From Candidatus Eiseniibacteriota bacterium (GTDB taxonomy: Bacteria > Eisenbacteria > RBG-16-71-46 > CAIMUX01 > VGJL01), in assembly GCA_963792585.1 (NCBI GenBank), contig CAWBWI010000006.1:128001-192000 (forward strand): a DNA stretch of 64,000 bases. The letters run 5' to 3'. The position numbers and the translations under genes are program-made. Shown in pieces: positions 50,818 through 62,007 of the stretch. Each line of letters opens with the position of its first letter. The stretch's first letter is position 1. The notes under the pieces are model-generated. The model was given only the letters and a program-made list of their open reading frames with translations, did no database searches and was not told the DNA's origin.

Positions 50818-53646
50818 ATGAACGCCGCCAGCCGCGTTGTCGTTCTTCGCGTCGGCCTTCGCCTCGTCGCTCAGTCTTTCGCACTCTTGCTCTTCCTCCC
50901 CGCCACCCTTTGGGGAGTGACCTGGTCTCCTGACGAGCGTCTCACGAACGACCCGAGCAACTCCGCGGCTCCAACGATCGCAGCCGACTTGTCGGGCAAT
51001 CTCCACGTCGTATGGCACGACGAACGAGATGAGAACTCGGAGATCTACTACCGTCGTTGGAGTTCTGGCATCTGGAGCAATGAAGAGCGGCTCACATTTG
51101 ACAACGCAACCTCCGCCTGGCCTGTAATTGCGAGCGATCGACTGGGCAGAGCTCATGTTGTCTGGTACGACTATAGGCTTGGATCTGACCACCCTCAGAT
51201 CTTCTGCAAGCACTGGGACGGACTCTCGTGGTCAACGGACGAACTGGTCTCCCAAGGCAAAGGCTGGGCAGTGGTTCCAACAGTCATCGCCGATCCTCTG
51301 GGTAACATCCATGCTATCTGGTACGACAATCGGAATGAAGAGGATTGGGAAATCTATCATCGCCGTTGGGACGGCCAATCGTGGGGACCGGAGGATCGCC
51401 TGACCGAGAGCCAGGGCGAATCCCGATACCCGGCTGCCATCGCAGATGAGATCGGAAACTTGTATGTCGTTTGGCAAGACCGGCGTGACGGCAATTGGGA
51501 GATCTATCTGAAACGGTGGGATGGTTTGGCTTGGGGCCCGGACCAACGCCTGACCGCGGAATCTCACAACAGCTTGCGCCCCGCCATCGCCGCCGATGTA
51601 CTGGGGAATGTCTGGATCGCATGGTACGACTCACGAGATGGTCACTCTGAGATCTACTACAAACGATACGACGGTGTCTCGTGGACGCCGGACACTCGTT
51701 TGTCGGACGCGGACGCATTTGCGTCGATCGAACCCACGATAGCCGCCGATCGGATGGGCCACGTTTACGTAGCGTGGCAGGATGATCGAGACGGAGCTTC
51801 TGAGCTTTACTTCAGAGCGTGGGACGGGATCTCATGGTCCGTGGACGAACGCGTGACGAACGACCCCGCGTTCTCAAGCTACCCGGCGCTCACTGTCGAC
51901 CCGCTTGGCGCTGCCCAACTCGTTTGGCAGGATACCCGGGATGCCAACTCCGAGATCTACCGCAAGGAGCGATCGGCTCCTGAACCTCCGGGGCCCCCAC
52001 CCATCGTTGAGGGCGCCAGCCCGCCCATCGTCTCCAATTTCGGTACGCGAGAGGTGACCGTTCTCGGCAACCATTTCGGAGTTCCTGCGGTCGTGAAACT
52101 GCTCCCCGAAATCGGCCCTCCGCTTGTGGGCACGACCGTCCAGGTGACGGCAACTACCGTAGTAGCCCGATTCGACATGACGGATGTGCCCGTGGGTTGG
52201 TTAGCCGCGGTAGTCGCGAACGGAGCCGGCCAGGCGGACACCCTCGGAAATTGCATCCAAGTAATACAGGGTCCTTGGGGCCAAGAAACCAGATTGACCA
52301 CGAACTCGGGAGTATCCTCTCTGGCGTCCAACGGCGGCCGTGCGATGGTGCGCGATTCGTCAGGTAGACTCCATCTCTTCTGGCTCGATAGCCGTGATGG
52401 AAACCAGGAGATCTACACCAAGACCCGGGAGGATGAGAACTGGTCTGCGGACGAACGTCTGACGGAAGACACGGGGCAGTCGTTGAACCCGGTGACGGCC
52501 TTGTCCGGCGATGGGACCGTCGTGGTCATTTGGCAGGATACAAGGGACGGCAACGCTGAGATCTACTCGAAGTCGCTCAACGGCGGTGTTTGGACCGCCG
52601 ACACGCGACTGACCTCAAATGCAGCTCCATCACTCTATCCTTCGGTAGCACGAGATCCTTCGGGGAACCTCCACCTCGTCTGGCAGGACGGCAGAACGGG
52701 CGCGTACCAAGTCTTCTACAGTCGCATGTCGAACGGTGTCTGGAGCGATCCGGTCAGAATTACCCAAACCATTGCACCCGCGGTCTATCCCACGGTCGAC
52801 TGCGATTCTCAAGGCAGGGTTTACGTCGCTTGGACCGATGGTAGGGACAATAACTGGGAGATCTACTTCACGAGGTTCGCCGAAGGAGCATGGGAGACCG
52901 AACGGCGCGTCACGTTCGACATGATGACCTCAGCCTATCCTTCGATGGCCACTGACGGGGAAGCTGCCTACTTGGTTTGGCAAGACCAGCGGAACGGCCG
53001 AGAGGAGGTCTTCTTTCGGCGGCTGGACACCGAGGACACCGACCACCGATTGGTTTCTGATCAGGGCGACTCGAAGTCGCCGATGCTCGCCGTAACCGAG
53101 GACCACGAGATCCATATTGTCTGGAGTGACACTCGTACAGGACTCGAGCAGATCTGGTACAAGGTGTTCAACCCCACGGATGGTGCATGGTCACTGGAGC
53201 ATCGAATGACTGGTTCAAGCCAAGAGGCAGTTCTCCCATCGATCCTCGCCGGTCCTGAGAACTCCGTCGACGTCGTCTGGCGCGATTCTCGCGACGAGAG
53301 CACGGAGGTCTATTCCCGGACAAGGAGGGAGATTCTCCCCGCGGAGACCAACGGTCCATGGGCTGCCGGCGACTTGTCCACTATTCGCTGCATGCCGAAT
53401 CCCTTCCGTGATTCGATGGTGTTGGGCTTCCGCCTAGCGATGGAACAGCAGGTCATGATTCAGATCTTCGATGTGCAGGGGCGAAGGATTCGCACGCTGC
53501 ATGACGGCAGACTTGGTGCTGGGTCCCACGAGATCCGTTGGGACGGGTTCGGGGATGGCCGCCGCGACCCCGGTCCGGGTGTCTATTACTACCGCCTTGT
53601 CGTCGACCGGCGCAGCGAAAGCGGCCCGGCTGTAAGGCTTCCCTGA
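50818..53646 (+). CDS. Secreted protein with two 7-repeat beta-propellers, central IPT-like domain and FlgD-Ig/T9SS-A-like tail
   Basis: 14 repeats of about 50 aa, W.xD.RLT...S..P.I..D..G..HVVW.D.RDG..EIY; tail CMPNPF...FDVQGR...WDGFGDG..PGVYYYRL; AAAGGAGG RBS. Confidence 0.88.
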   Translation: MNAASRVVVLRVGLRLVAQSFALLLFLPATLWGVTWSPDERLTNDPSNSAAPTIAADLSGNLHVVWHDERDENSEIYYRRWSSGIWSNEERLTFDNATSAWPVIASDRLGRAHVVWYDYRLGSDHPQIFCKHWDGLSWSTDELVSQGKGWAVVPTVIADPLGNIHAIWYDNRNEEDWEIYHRRWDGQSWGPEDRLTESQGESRYPAAIADEIGNLYVVWQDRRDGNWEIYLKRWDGLAWGPDQRLTAESHNSLRPAIAADVLGNVWIAWYDSRDGHSEIYYKRYDGVSWTPDTRLSDADAFASIEPTIAADRMGHVYVAWQDDRDGASELYFRAWDGISWSVDERVTNDPAFSSYPALTVDPLGAAQLVWQDTRDANSEIYRKERSAPEPPGPPPIVEGASPPIVSNFGTREVTVLGNHFGVPAVVKLLPEIGPPLVGTTVQVTATTVVARFDMTDVPVGWLAAVVANGAGQADTLGNCIQVIQGPWGQETRLTTNSGVSSLASNGGRAMVRDSSGRLHLFWLDSRDGNQEIYTKTREDENWSADERLTEDTGQSLNPVTALSGDGTVVVIWQDTRDGNAEIYSKSLNGGVWTADTRLTSNAAPSLYPSVARDPSGNLHLVWQDGRTGAYQVFYSRMSNGVWSDPVRITQTIAPAVYPTVDCDSQGRVYVAWTDGRDNNWEIYFTRFAEGAWETERRVTFDMMTSAYPSMATDGEAAYLVWQDQRNGREEVFFRRLDTEDTDHRLVSDQGDSKSPMLAVTEDHEIHIVWSDTRTGLEQIWYKVFNPTDGAWSLEHRMTGSSQEAVLPSILAGPENSVDVVWRDSRDESTEVYSRTRREILPAETNGPWAAGDLSTIRCMPNPFRDSMVLGFRLAMEQQVMIQIFDVQGRRIRTLHDGRLGAGSHEIRWDGFGDGRRDPGPGVYYYRLVVDRRSESGPAVRLP

Positions 53647-53761
53647 GGAATCGACCGGGAGGGCCGGTGAACCTGCCGCCCTCCCGACCCCTCTGGATCT
53701 CTGCCGTGCGCCGAGAGAGACTGGCGGCGGCGGCTTCCGCTTTCCGGTAGAATCCCAACCT

Positions 53762-54631
53762 ATGATGATGGAATCGATTCCGAACAAGCAGGGCTTGTCT
53801 CAACATCTACTCTCCGTGGATGTGGATGATCTTCTGATTGCCAATGCAGACTTCTATGGTGAGTCGGTGGAATCCGGCTATGTGTCCCACATCGAAGAGG
53901 AGGTCGCATCCGCCCTCGAAGTTCTGGGCGAGACCCCTGCCCGAGCGACATTCTTCGTCAACGGACAGTACTGCCATCGACTGACGGATCTTCTGAAGGA
54001 GATCGTCGCCAAGGGGCATGTCATCGCATCGCACGGTTTCAGACACCAAAACGTGACAAGCCTCTCCCTGGACGAGTTCGAGAGGGATCTATGCCTGTCC
54101 CTCGATCAGCTGACCCGAATCCAGCCGCAGGTCCTTGGCTACAGGCCCCCGGCATTCTCCATGCCATATGACGACGATCACCTGGGCGTGCTCGTCAAAC
54201 ACGGTATCCGCTATGTTTCCTCGGGAGTCGGTGTCGCACGCTCCGATGCTCCCCGCCTGAACACACCCGTGGAGGTCCGCGCTGGACTCCTGCACGTACC
54301 CATTTCGACCGCGCATGCCCTTGGTGGACGCCTCAAGTATCCGATCGGGTACGGCATCACATCGAGGCTCATGCCCGAGGCGATCTATCGACTGACCATG
54401 CGGGAGTGGCTAAGGAAGAACTCATACTTCCATTGGTACTGCCACTCGTTTGAGTTGAGTGGGCTCTCACGCGGGTTCCGGATACCTTATCGTGGGTTCT
54501 TTGCCAAGCTAACCACATCGATCTATGCCACCCGGTGCCGCAATCGGGGCACGTATCTCGCGTCCTTGCTCAGGAGCGCAAATTTCCGCTCCATCGAGTC
54601 GAACTTGTTCAACGGCGGCCAATCCCTCTAG
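53762..54631 (+). CDS. Polysaccharide deacetylase (CE4/NodB-like)
   Basis: SVDVDD, ATFFVNG, ASHGFRH, GYRPPAFS, WYCHSFEL. Confidence 0.88.
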   Translation: MMMESIPNKQGLSQHLLSVDVDDLLIANADFYGESVESGYVSHIEEEVASALEVLGETPARATFFVNGQYCHRLTDLLKEIVAKGHVIASHGFRHQNVTSLSLDEFERDLCLSLDQLTRIQPQVLGYRPPAFSMPYDDDHLGVLVKHGIRYVSSGVGVARSDAPRLNTPVEVRAGLLHVPISTAHALGGRLKYPIGYGITSRLMPEAIYRLTMREWLRKNSYFHWYCHSFELSGLSRGFRIPYRGFFAKLTTSIYATRCRNRGTYLASLLRSANFRSIESNLFNGGQSL

Positions 54632-54656
54632 AGATCCCGGGGAGGAGTTATCGAGC

Positions 54657-55655
54657 ATGACAGCGACTACTCCTCAGGTTCAGGCATCATCCTTCACGTA
54701 TGAGAAGTTCGACCCTCGTCACTACGACCTTTTCACTCGAACGTGGGGAGGCTACGTCGCCAAAGGGACCGCAAAACCCCTCCGCCTTGAGCAACTCAAA
54801 CTTCTCTACGAAGCAAACCCGGCAGGAAGCTCCGTAATCACGACAATCGAGGAAGACGGGGTTTGGATCGGCGCAATATCCGCCATCGCGACCAACATCC
54901 TCAGGCCCGATGGCGGGACTACGAAGGGTTACCAGATTGGTGATTTCATGGTGGACCCGAGGTATCAAGGGCGCGGATTTGGCGGCAAGCTTCTTCGAGA
55001 CTTGACGCGGTCCCTGCTCGGGATGCGGGTTGCGGTGTACACCTTTCCAAACACGCGATCGGTCGGGGTTTTTCTTAAACAATCCTATCTTGAACTGAAG
55101 TGGATTCCGGCCGTCACATATCCGCTCTTCCTGTCCCAGGTTGTCGACAGGATGAGCTCGAAGTCCAAAGTGCGGGACATCCCGATCGACACCGCGTGCC
55201 ATCTTGCGGACGAATTGATTCGCAAGTCACGTCCGAATGCGATCATCGAGAAGTCCGGGGCGTACATGCGATGGCGATACGCACTGATGCGCGATGCTGC
55301 CGACTATACCTTCACCTTCGTTGAACCGAAGGGGGACGGAGCCCGATCGCTCCTCGTTTGGACCCTCTTCCGTTACAGGAGCATTCCGGTTCAGGTCGTC
55401 GTGGACGTTCTCTCTGAAGGGGGAGCCTGTCCCCCGTTGCGCGAGATTGGACCCTCCGGATTGAGCCAGGGGGGGTGGATCGGAATCAACAACGTGGAGC
55501 GGCGGCCCGGGTGGAAGCTGCCTCCCTTCGCCATCAGGATCCCAATGCGCTACGATCCACGGCCCGGGCGGCTTCTCGTCCCACCTGACGATCCGGATTC
55601 GAGAGACTTGTTCTCCCCCTGTCACTTCACGACCGGCGACTGGATGGGCTTCTAG
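54657..55655 (+). CDS. GNAT family N-acyltransferase
   Basis: LYEANPAG, DFMVDPRYQGRGFG, YTFPN..S, YMRWRY; ATG after GGAGGAG. Confidence 0.85.
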   Translation: MTATTPQVQASSFTYEKFDPRHYDLFTRTWGGYVAKGTAKPLRLEQLKLLYEANPAGSSVITTIEEDGVWIGAISAIATNILRPDGGTTKGYQIGDFMVDPRYQGRGFGGKLLRDLTRSLLGMRVAVYTFPNTRSVGVFLKQSYLELKWIPAVTYPLFLSQVVDRMSSKSKVRDIPIDTACHLADELIRKSRPNAIIEKSGAYMRWRYALMRDAADYTFTFVEPKGDGARSLLVWTLFRYRSIPVQVVVDVLSEGGACPPLREIGPSGLSQGGWIGINNVERRPGWKLPPFAIRIPMRYDPRPGRLLVPPDDPDSRDLFSPCHFTTGDWMGF

Positions 55656-55795
55656 GACTCGATCCCATCGACCGCAGCCTCCCAGGGTTGCGCACTCGAC
55701 CCTTTGGATGCTAGTTTCTAATGTTTCGCCGTACCCATTCTTCTGAGGGGTTTTCAAAAGGGTCCTGCGCGATCCTGCGGGACCGGTGTGAGGTC

Positions 55796-57658
<1,863 letters not shown>

Positions 57659-57662
57659 AGCC

Positions 57663-58688
57663 ATGAGCGTCATTGCACAGCCGGGCGGATTGACGAAGAA
57701 GGATTTCCAGACCGACCAGGAAGTCCGGTGGTGTCCGGGATGCGGCGACTACGCGATCCTGAACGCCGTCCAGATGGTCTTCCCCGAACTGGGAATCCCG
57801 AAGGAGAACTTCGTTGTGGTGTCGGGGATCGGATGCTCGAGCCGCTTCCCCTACTACATGAATACCTTCGGATTCCATACGATTCACGGCCGCGCGCCGG
57901 CGATCGCAACCGGGATCAAGCTCGCGAACCCCGAACTCTCCGTCTGGATCGCGACGGGCGACGGCGACGCGCTCTCGATCGGCGGCAACCATTTGATCCA
58001 CGCGTTGCGCCGCAACATGGACCTGAAGATCCTGATGTTCAACAATCGGATCTACGGGCTGACGAAGGGGCAGTACTCGCCCACGAGCGAGCAGTTCAAG
58101 AAGACGAAATCGACGCCGTACGGTTCCCTCGATCGTCCCTTCGAGCCGCTCTCGCTGTCCCTCGGCGCGGGCGCGACCTTCGTCGCCCGATCGGTCGATG
58201 TCTTCGGCCAGCACCTGCGCGAGGTGCTCCGCCGCGCGGCCGCGCACAAGGGCAGCGCATTCATCGAGATCCTCCAGAACTGCAACATCTTCAACGACGG
58301 CGCCTGGGACCAGTGGACCGATCGCGAGGTTCGTGACGATCAGGTCGTCCAGATCGAGGACGGCAAGCCGCTCGTCTTCGGCAAGGGGCGCAACCGCGGA
58401 ATCCTTCGGGTCGAGAACGACCTGCGGGTGGTCGACCTCGGGGCCGACTACTCGGAGAAGGATCTGGTCGTCTACGACTCGCACAGGGCCGACCCCGCAC
58501 TGGCCTTCGAAATGGCGACAACCATGACCCGCTCCGGTTTTCCGCTCCCGATCGGGATCTTCCGCGACGTTGCCGTCCCCAGCTTCGAGGTTCTCGCGCA
58601 CGACCAGATGCGACAGATCAGGGAGAAGCAGGGGCCCGGTTCTCTCGAGTCGGTCATCTCGGCCGGAGAGACCTGGGAAGTTTCCTAG
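57663..58688 (+). CDS. korB: 2-oxoacid:ferredoxin oxidoreductase beta subunit
   Basis: WCPGCGD, SGIGCSS, GDGDALSIGGNH, NNRIYGLTKGQYSPT. Confidence 0.96.
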   Translation: MSVIAQPGGLTKKDFQTDQEVRWCPGCGDYAILNAVQMVFPELGIPKENFVVVSGIGCSSRFPYYMNTFGFHTIHGRAPAIATGIKLANPELSVWIATGDGDALSIGGNHLIHALRRNMDLKILMFNNRIYGLTKGQYSPTSEQFKKTKSTPYGSLDRPFEPLSLSLGAGATFVARSVDVFGQHLREVLRRAAAHKGSAFIEILQNCNIFNDGAWDQWTDREVRDDQVVQIEDGKPLVFGKGRNRGILRVENDLRVVDLGADYSEKDLVVYDSHRADPALAFEMATTMTRSGFPLPIGIFRDVAVPSFEVLAHDQMRQIREKQGPGSLESVISAGETWEVS

Positions 58689-58725
58689 ACGGTCGGTCGA
58701 CGGCCGACTTTCAGCCGCTCCCAGG

Positions 58726-58755
58726 AGGCGGATCCCGACCGGGGATCCGCCTTTT
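58726..58755 (+). terminator. Rho-independent terminator after korB
   Basis: AGGCGGATCCC-gaccg-GGGATCCGCCT followed by TTT. Confidence 0.8.
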
Positions 58756-58912
58756 GCGCGCTCCACGAAAACCAGTCCAACCCTTCATCCGGAGTCAACG
58801 ATCTTTGTTCTCCCTTAACAGTCATCCGCTAGGGTCCGGAATCATTGGGTGCGTAGAACTCGAGACGAACCGTGTGTGGTTCACGGTTTCTTCACAAAGG
58901 GAGGGATATCCG

Positions 58913-60046
58913 ATGGTTTCCAGGAAGTTGACGGCCGCGATCTTCCTGCTTCTGACGGGGTGCGCGACTGCGTCCGCGTGGGCGGGCGAGCCGGTGGAGG
59001 GAAAGAACAACAAGGTGACCTTCGATGGTCTGGTCTGGGCGGGATACAAATACGTCCTCGAGGATGCGAGTCCCACGAACGAGCAAAAGGACTTCAATGC
59101 CTTCGCCCTCGACCGGGTTTACCTGACGCTGACGAGCCAACTGGCCGAGCGGTACACGGCGCGCGGTCGCGTCGAGATGGGAAACCTGAACGCCGGCACG
59201 CCGACGGCTTTCGTGAAGACCGCGGACATCCAGGTGGCCGATCCTTTGGGGGCCAAGGGGACGAAGCTGCGCTTCGGGCAGACCGAGGGAGTCGTCACCA
59301 ACTTGTACGAGAAGATGATGGGTTACCGGATCGTGAGCAAGGTTCCGACGGAACGCTACCTCGGGATCGGCTCGACGTACCTCGGGGCGGGGTGGGCCGG
59401 AAAGTGGGCGTCGGGCATGCTCGAGACCGACCTGCTTGTCGCCAACCGGGTGGCCTATGCGAACGACATCGCTGAGGGCGGAAAGGCCGACCCGAAATTC
59501 AAGACCTTGAGCGCCCGCGCCTATCTCCGCCCGATCAAGGAGGGCGCGGCGAAGGGTCTCGGTCTCGGCGGCTATGCTCAGTACGCCCCGCGAGCCATCC
59601 CGTCGGGTGACAACAACGATCTGTGGTTCGGCGGCCACGCTTACTTCGAGGCTTCGAGGGGGACCTTCGGGCTGGCCTACGACACAAAGAAGACGACGGC
59701 GGCAGGCGAAGATGTGACGGCTGCGGTCATCACCGGCACCGGGCGCTATGGCGTGTCCGACAAGGATGCGCTCTTCGCCCGCGTCGATCTCGTCGATTTC
59801 GACAAGGACCGCAGCGACGTCACCCTCGCGGAGGGCGCGAAGGTCTCCGACGCAATCGACAAGAAGCTCGCGCAGACCGTCGTGATGGCGGGTCTCGCCC
59901 ACTCGTACTCCAAGACGCTGCGGAGCATCGTCGATGTCTCGGCCCGCAGCTTCCAGGACAAGCTCTACGGCCCGTCTCCCGCGGGCGAGGAAATCAAACC
60001 GGACACCGAGTTCGTGATCACCGTGCGACTCGACGCGACGCTTTAG
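58913..60046 (+). CDS. Outer-membrane porin-like beta-barrel
   Basis: ATG after GGGAGGG; signal peptide; amphipathic strands (FALDRVYLT, KLRFGQ, LFARVD); C-terminal strand VRLDATL. Confidence 0.7.
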   Translation: MVSRKLTAAIFLLLTGCATASAWAGEPVEGKNNKVTFDGLVWAGYKYVLEDASPTNEQKDFNAFALDRVYLTLTSQLAERYTARGRVEMGNLNAGTPTAFVKTADIQVADPLGAKGTKLRFGQTEGVVTNLYEKMMGYRIVSKVPTERYLGIGSTYLGAGWAGKWASGMLETDLLVANRVAYANDIAEGGKADPKFKTLSARAYLRPIKEGAAKGLGLGGYAQYAPRAIPSGDNNDLWFGGHAYFEASRGTFGLAYDTKKTTAAGEDVTAAVITGTGRYGVSDKDALFARVDLVDFDKDRSDVTLAEGAKVSDAIDKKLAQTVVMAGLAHSYSKTLRSIVDVSARSFQDKLYGPSPAGEEIKPDTEFVITVRLDATL

Positions 60047-60065
60047 GGACGGAAGCAGAAGGTCG

Positions 60066-60099
60066 AAGGCCGGTCGCCCATCCATGGGCGACCGGCCTT
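60066..60099. terminator. Perfect 15-bp inverted repeat between convergent barrel genes (bidirectional terminator candidate)
   Basis: AAGGCCGGTCGCCCA-tcca-TGGGCGACCGGCCTT. Confidence 0.75.
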
Positions 60100-60122
60100 G
60101 CTGCAGACAGCTGCCTGCCTGA

Positions 60123-60665
60123 CTAGTTGTTCGGGAACAGGTAGAAGTGGAAGCCGAGGCTGGAGATACCGAATGCCTCGGAGCCCAGGGTCGTCGAGCT
60201 GTCCGAGCCCTTGGTGCCCGGGTCATAGCTCTGGAAAGCGATGCCGTGGGCGACCTGCAGGCTGAAGCGGTTGGAGAAGAAGTGCTCCACACCGAGGGAG
60301 CCGCGAATCCGGATCGTCGTCGAGCTGTCGTCGGCGTTGACCGGATCATTGGCAAACTCGAAGCCCGGGCGGATGAAGAAGAAGGTGTTGTCATCGCTCG
60401 CGACGACAAACGGAACGCCCGCCTCGAAGGTGAAGCCGGTCTTCGTCTCGGTGTTGCCCTCGAGGTCCGTGACGATTTCCCGCTGCGAGAAGCCGATGCC
60501 GATGTCGAGAGCGGCCTTCGGCGTGAGCCAGTAGCGGATGCCGACCGGAGCGTCCGGCGTGAAATAGCCCGGCCCCCACATGCCCTTCATGTCCTTGGCG
60601 GCCGCCGGGCCGACGAGCGCCAGCGCGAGGGCCAAAACGCTGAGTACGAGAACTGCCTTCTTCAT
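60123..60665 (-). CDS. Small outer-membrane beta-barrel protein
   Basis: ATG after GGAGGAG; signal peptide; GIRYW, LGVEHFF..RFSL, terminal LGFHFYLF; upstream TTGACT-16-TAGGTT at 60826-60799. Confidence 0.8.
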   Translation of the reverse strand: MKKAVLVLSVLALALALVGPAAAKDMKGMWGPGYFTPDAPVGIRYWLTPKAALDIGIGFSQREIVTDLEGNTETKTGFTFEAGVPFVVASDDNTFFFIRPGFEFANDPVNADDSSTTIRIRGSLGVEHFFSNRFSLQVAHGIAFQSYDPGTKGSDSSTTLGSEAFGISSLGFHFYLFPNN

Positions 60666-60861
60666 CGATCTCCTCCGTGGTTGGAGCGGCCCAGACTCCG
60701 AGCCGGACCGCCTGCTCTTGCAGATGCCGAATTGCCTCTGCATCCTCTTTCGAACCGCACAGATCCCCCTCCAGACTTCGAAGGGCAAAATCGGATCTAA
60801 CCTAGTGAAACGGTGGACGAAGTCAAGAGTTACCTATCGCTGGGGTTCTATATATTCATCA

Positions 60862-62007
60862 CTATTGACTAAATATTGGATGAGGTCGGGACCGCCTCGT
60901 CCCTTCGAGGGCTTCCCCGTACAGCCGTAGAACCTGATCCGCAACCGCCGGCCAGGCGAAACGCGCGGCGTGCGCTCGCGCCTGCGTTCGGAATGGAGCC
61001 CGCGGAATCAGATCGACGACTTCGACGAGGCGGTCGGCCAGCGCGCGCGCATCTCCCGGGGGAAAGAGACGAGCGCTGCCGCACGACGCCAGGACCTCGC
61101 AGAACCCGTCGATCGCCGAGGCGACCACCGGCAGACCGCTCGCGAGCGCCTCGATCAGGACGATCCCGAAAGACTCCCCGTAGAGCGCGGGGGCGATCAG
61201 GAGATCGGCGGCCTGATAGAACCCGGCGATCTCCTCCGGCCTCACGGCTCCCGCCCACTCGATGTCGATTCCGGCTCGGGCGGCGCGATGAAGAAAACGG
61301 TGCCGCATCGACCCATCTCCGACAACGATGAGGCGCGGTCGGGTGCCGAGCCGCGGCTCTGCGAGTCGGATCCCATCCACGAGGACCTCAAGGCCCTTGC
61401 GGGGTTCGAAACGTCCGACGAACAGGAAGGTGGGCCGCCCGGCGAGGGGAGCGCGGCCGTTCGGACAGAATCGATCCAGGTCGACCCCGTTGGGGACGAT
61501 CCGGTAGTCGCCGGGGAAATGGCGGCCCGCATAGGCCGCGGCACTCCGGGAGACGGCCGTGCGCACGGCAAGCCGTCTCGCCAGCGGCGCGAGCGCGGGG
61601 CCGAAGAGGCGATAGCCCCACGGGACCGAGCCCGCGTTGTGGAAGGTGCCGACGCACGGCGCCCGCGCCTCCCGAAGGACGGCCCACGGCAGGAACGGCT
61701 CGAGCGGGGAGTGGATGTGGATGATGTCGTAGCCGTCCCGCACCACGCGCCGCACCGCCCTTCGGTAGGCGGGATGCAGCGCGATCGCTGCGCTCGATCC
61801 GTTCGACGGCACGCGGAATCGCCGGCCGATCCGGAGGACCTCCAGACCCGGCAACTCCCCGTCCTCAGGGGCCGGGCCCGATGTGAGGACCCGAACTTCG
61901 TGGCCGCCGGCGCGAAGCGCCAGCCCGAGATGCCGGACATGCTCCCCGATCCCGCCGTAGACCGGGTGGTAGGACTGCGTGACGAGGAGGACGCGCAGCC
62001 GCCTCAC
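60862..62007 (-). CDS. GT4 glycosyltransferase, PimA-like
   Basis: GGIGEHV, VPSNGS, HIHSP, VPNGVD, GRFEPRKG, GESFGIVLIEALASG; GTGA overlap with the acyltransferase stop. Confidence 0.88.
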   Translation of the reverse strand: MRRLRVLLVTQSYHPVYGGIGEHVRHLGLALRAGGHEVRVLTSGPAPEDGELPGLEVLRIGRRFRVPSNGSSAAIALHPAYRRAVRRVVRDGYDIIHIHSPLEPFLPWAVLREARAPCVGTFHNAGSVPWGYRLFGPALAPLARRLAVRTAVSRSAAAYAGRHFPGDYRIVPNGVDLDRFCPNGRAPLAGRPTFLFVGRFEPRKGLEVLVDGIRLAEPRLGTRPRLIVVGDGSMRHRFLHRAARAGIDIEWAGAVRPEEIAGFYQAADLLIAPALYGESFGIVLIEALASGLPVVASAIDGFCEVLASCGSARLFPPGDARALADRLVEVVDLIPRAPFRTQARAHAARFAWPAVADQVLRLYGEALEGTRRSRPHPIFSQ

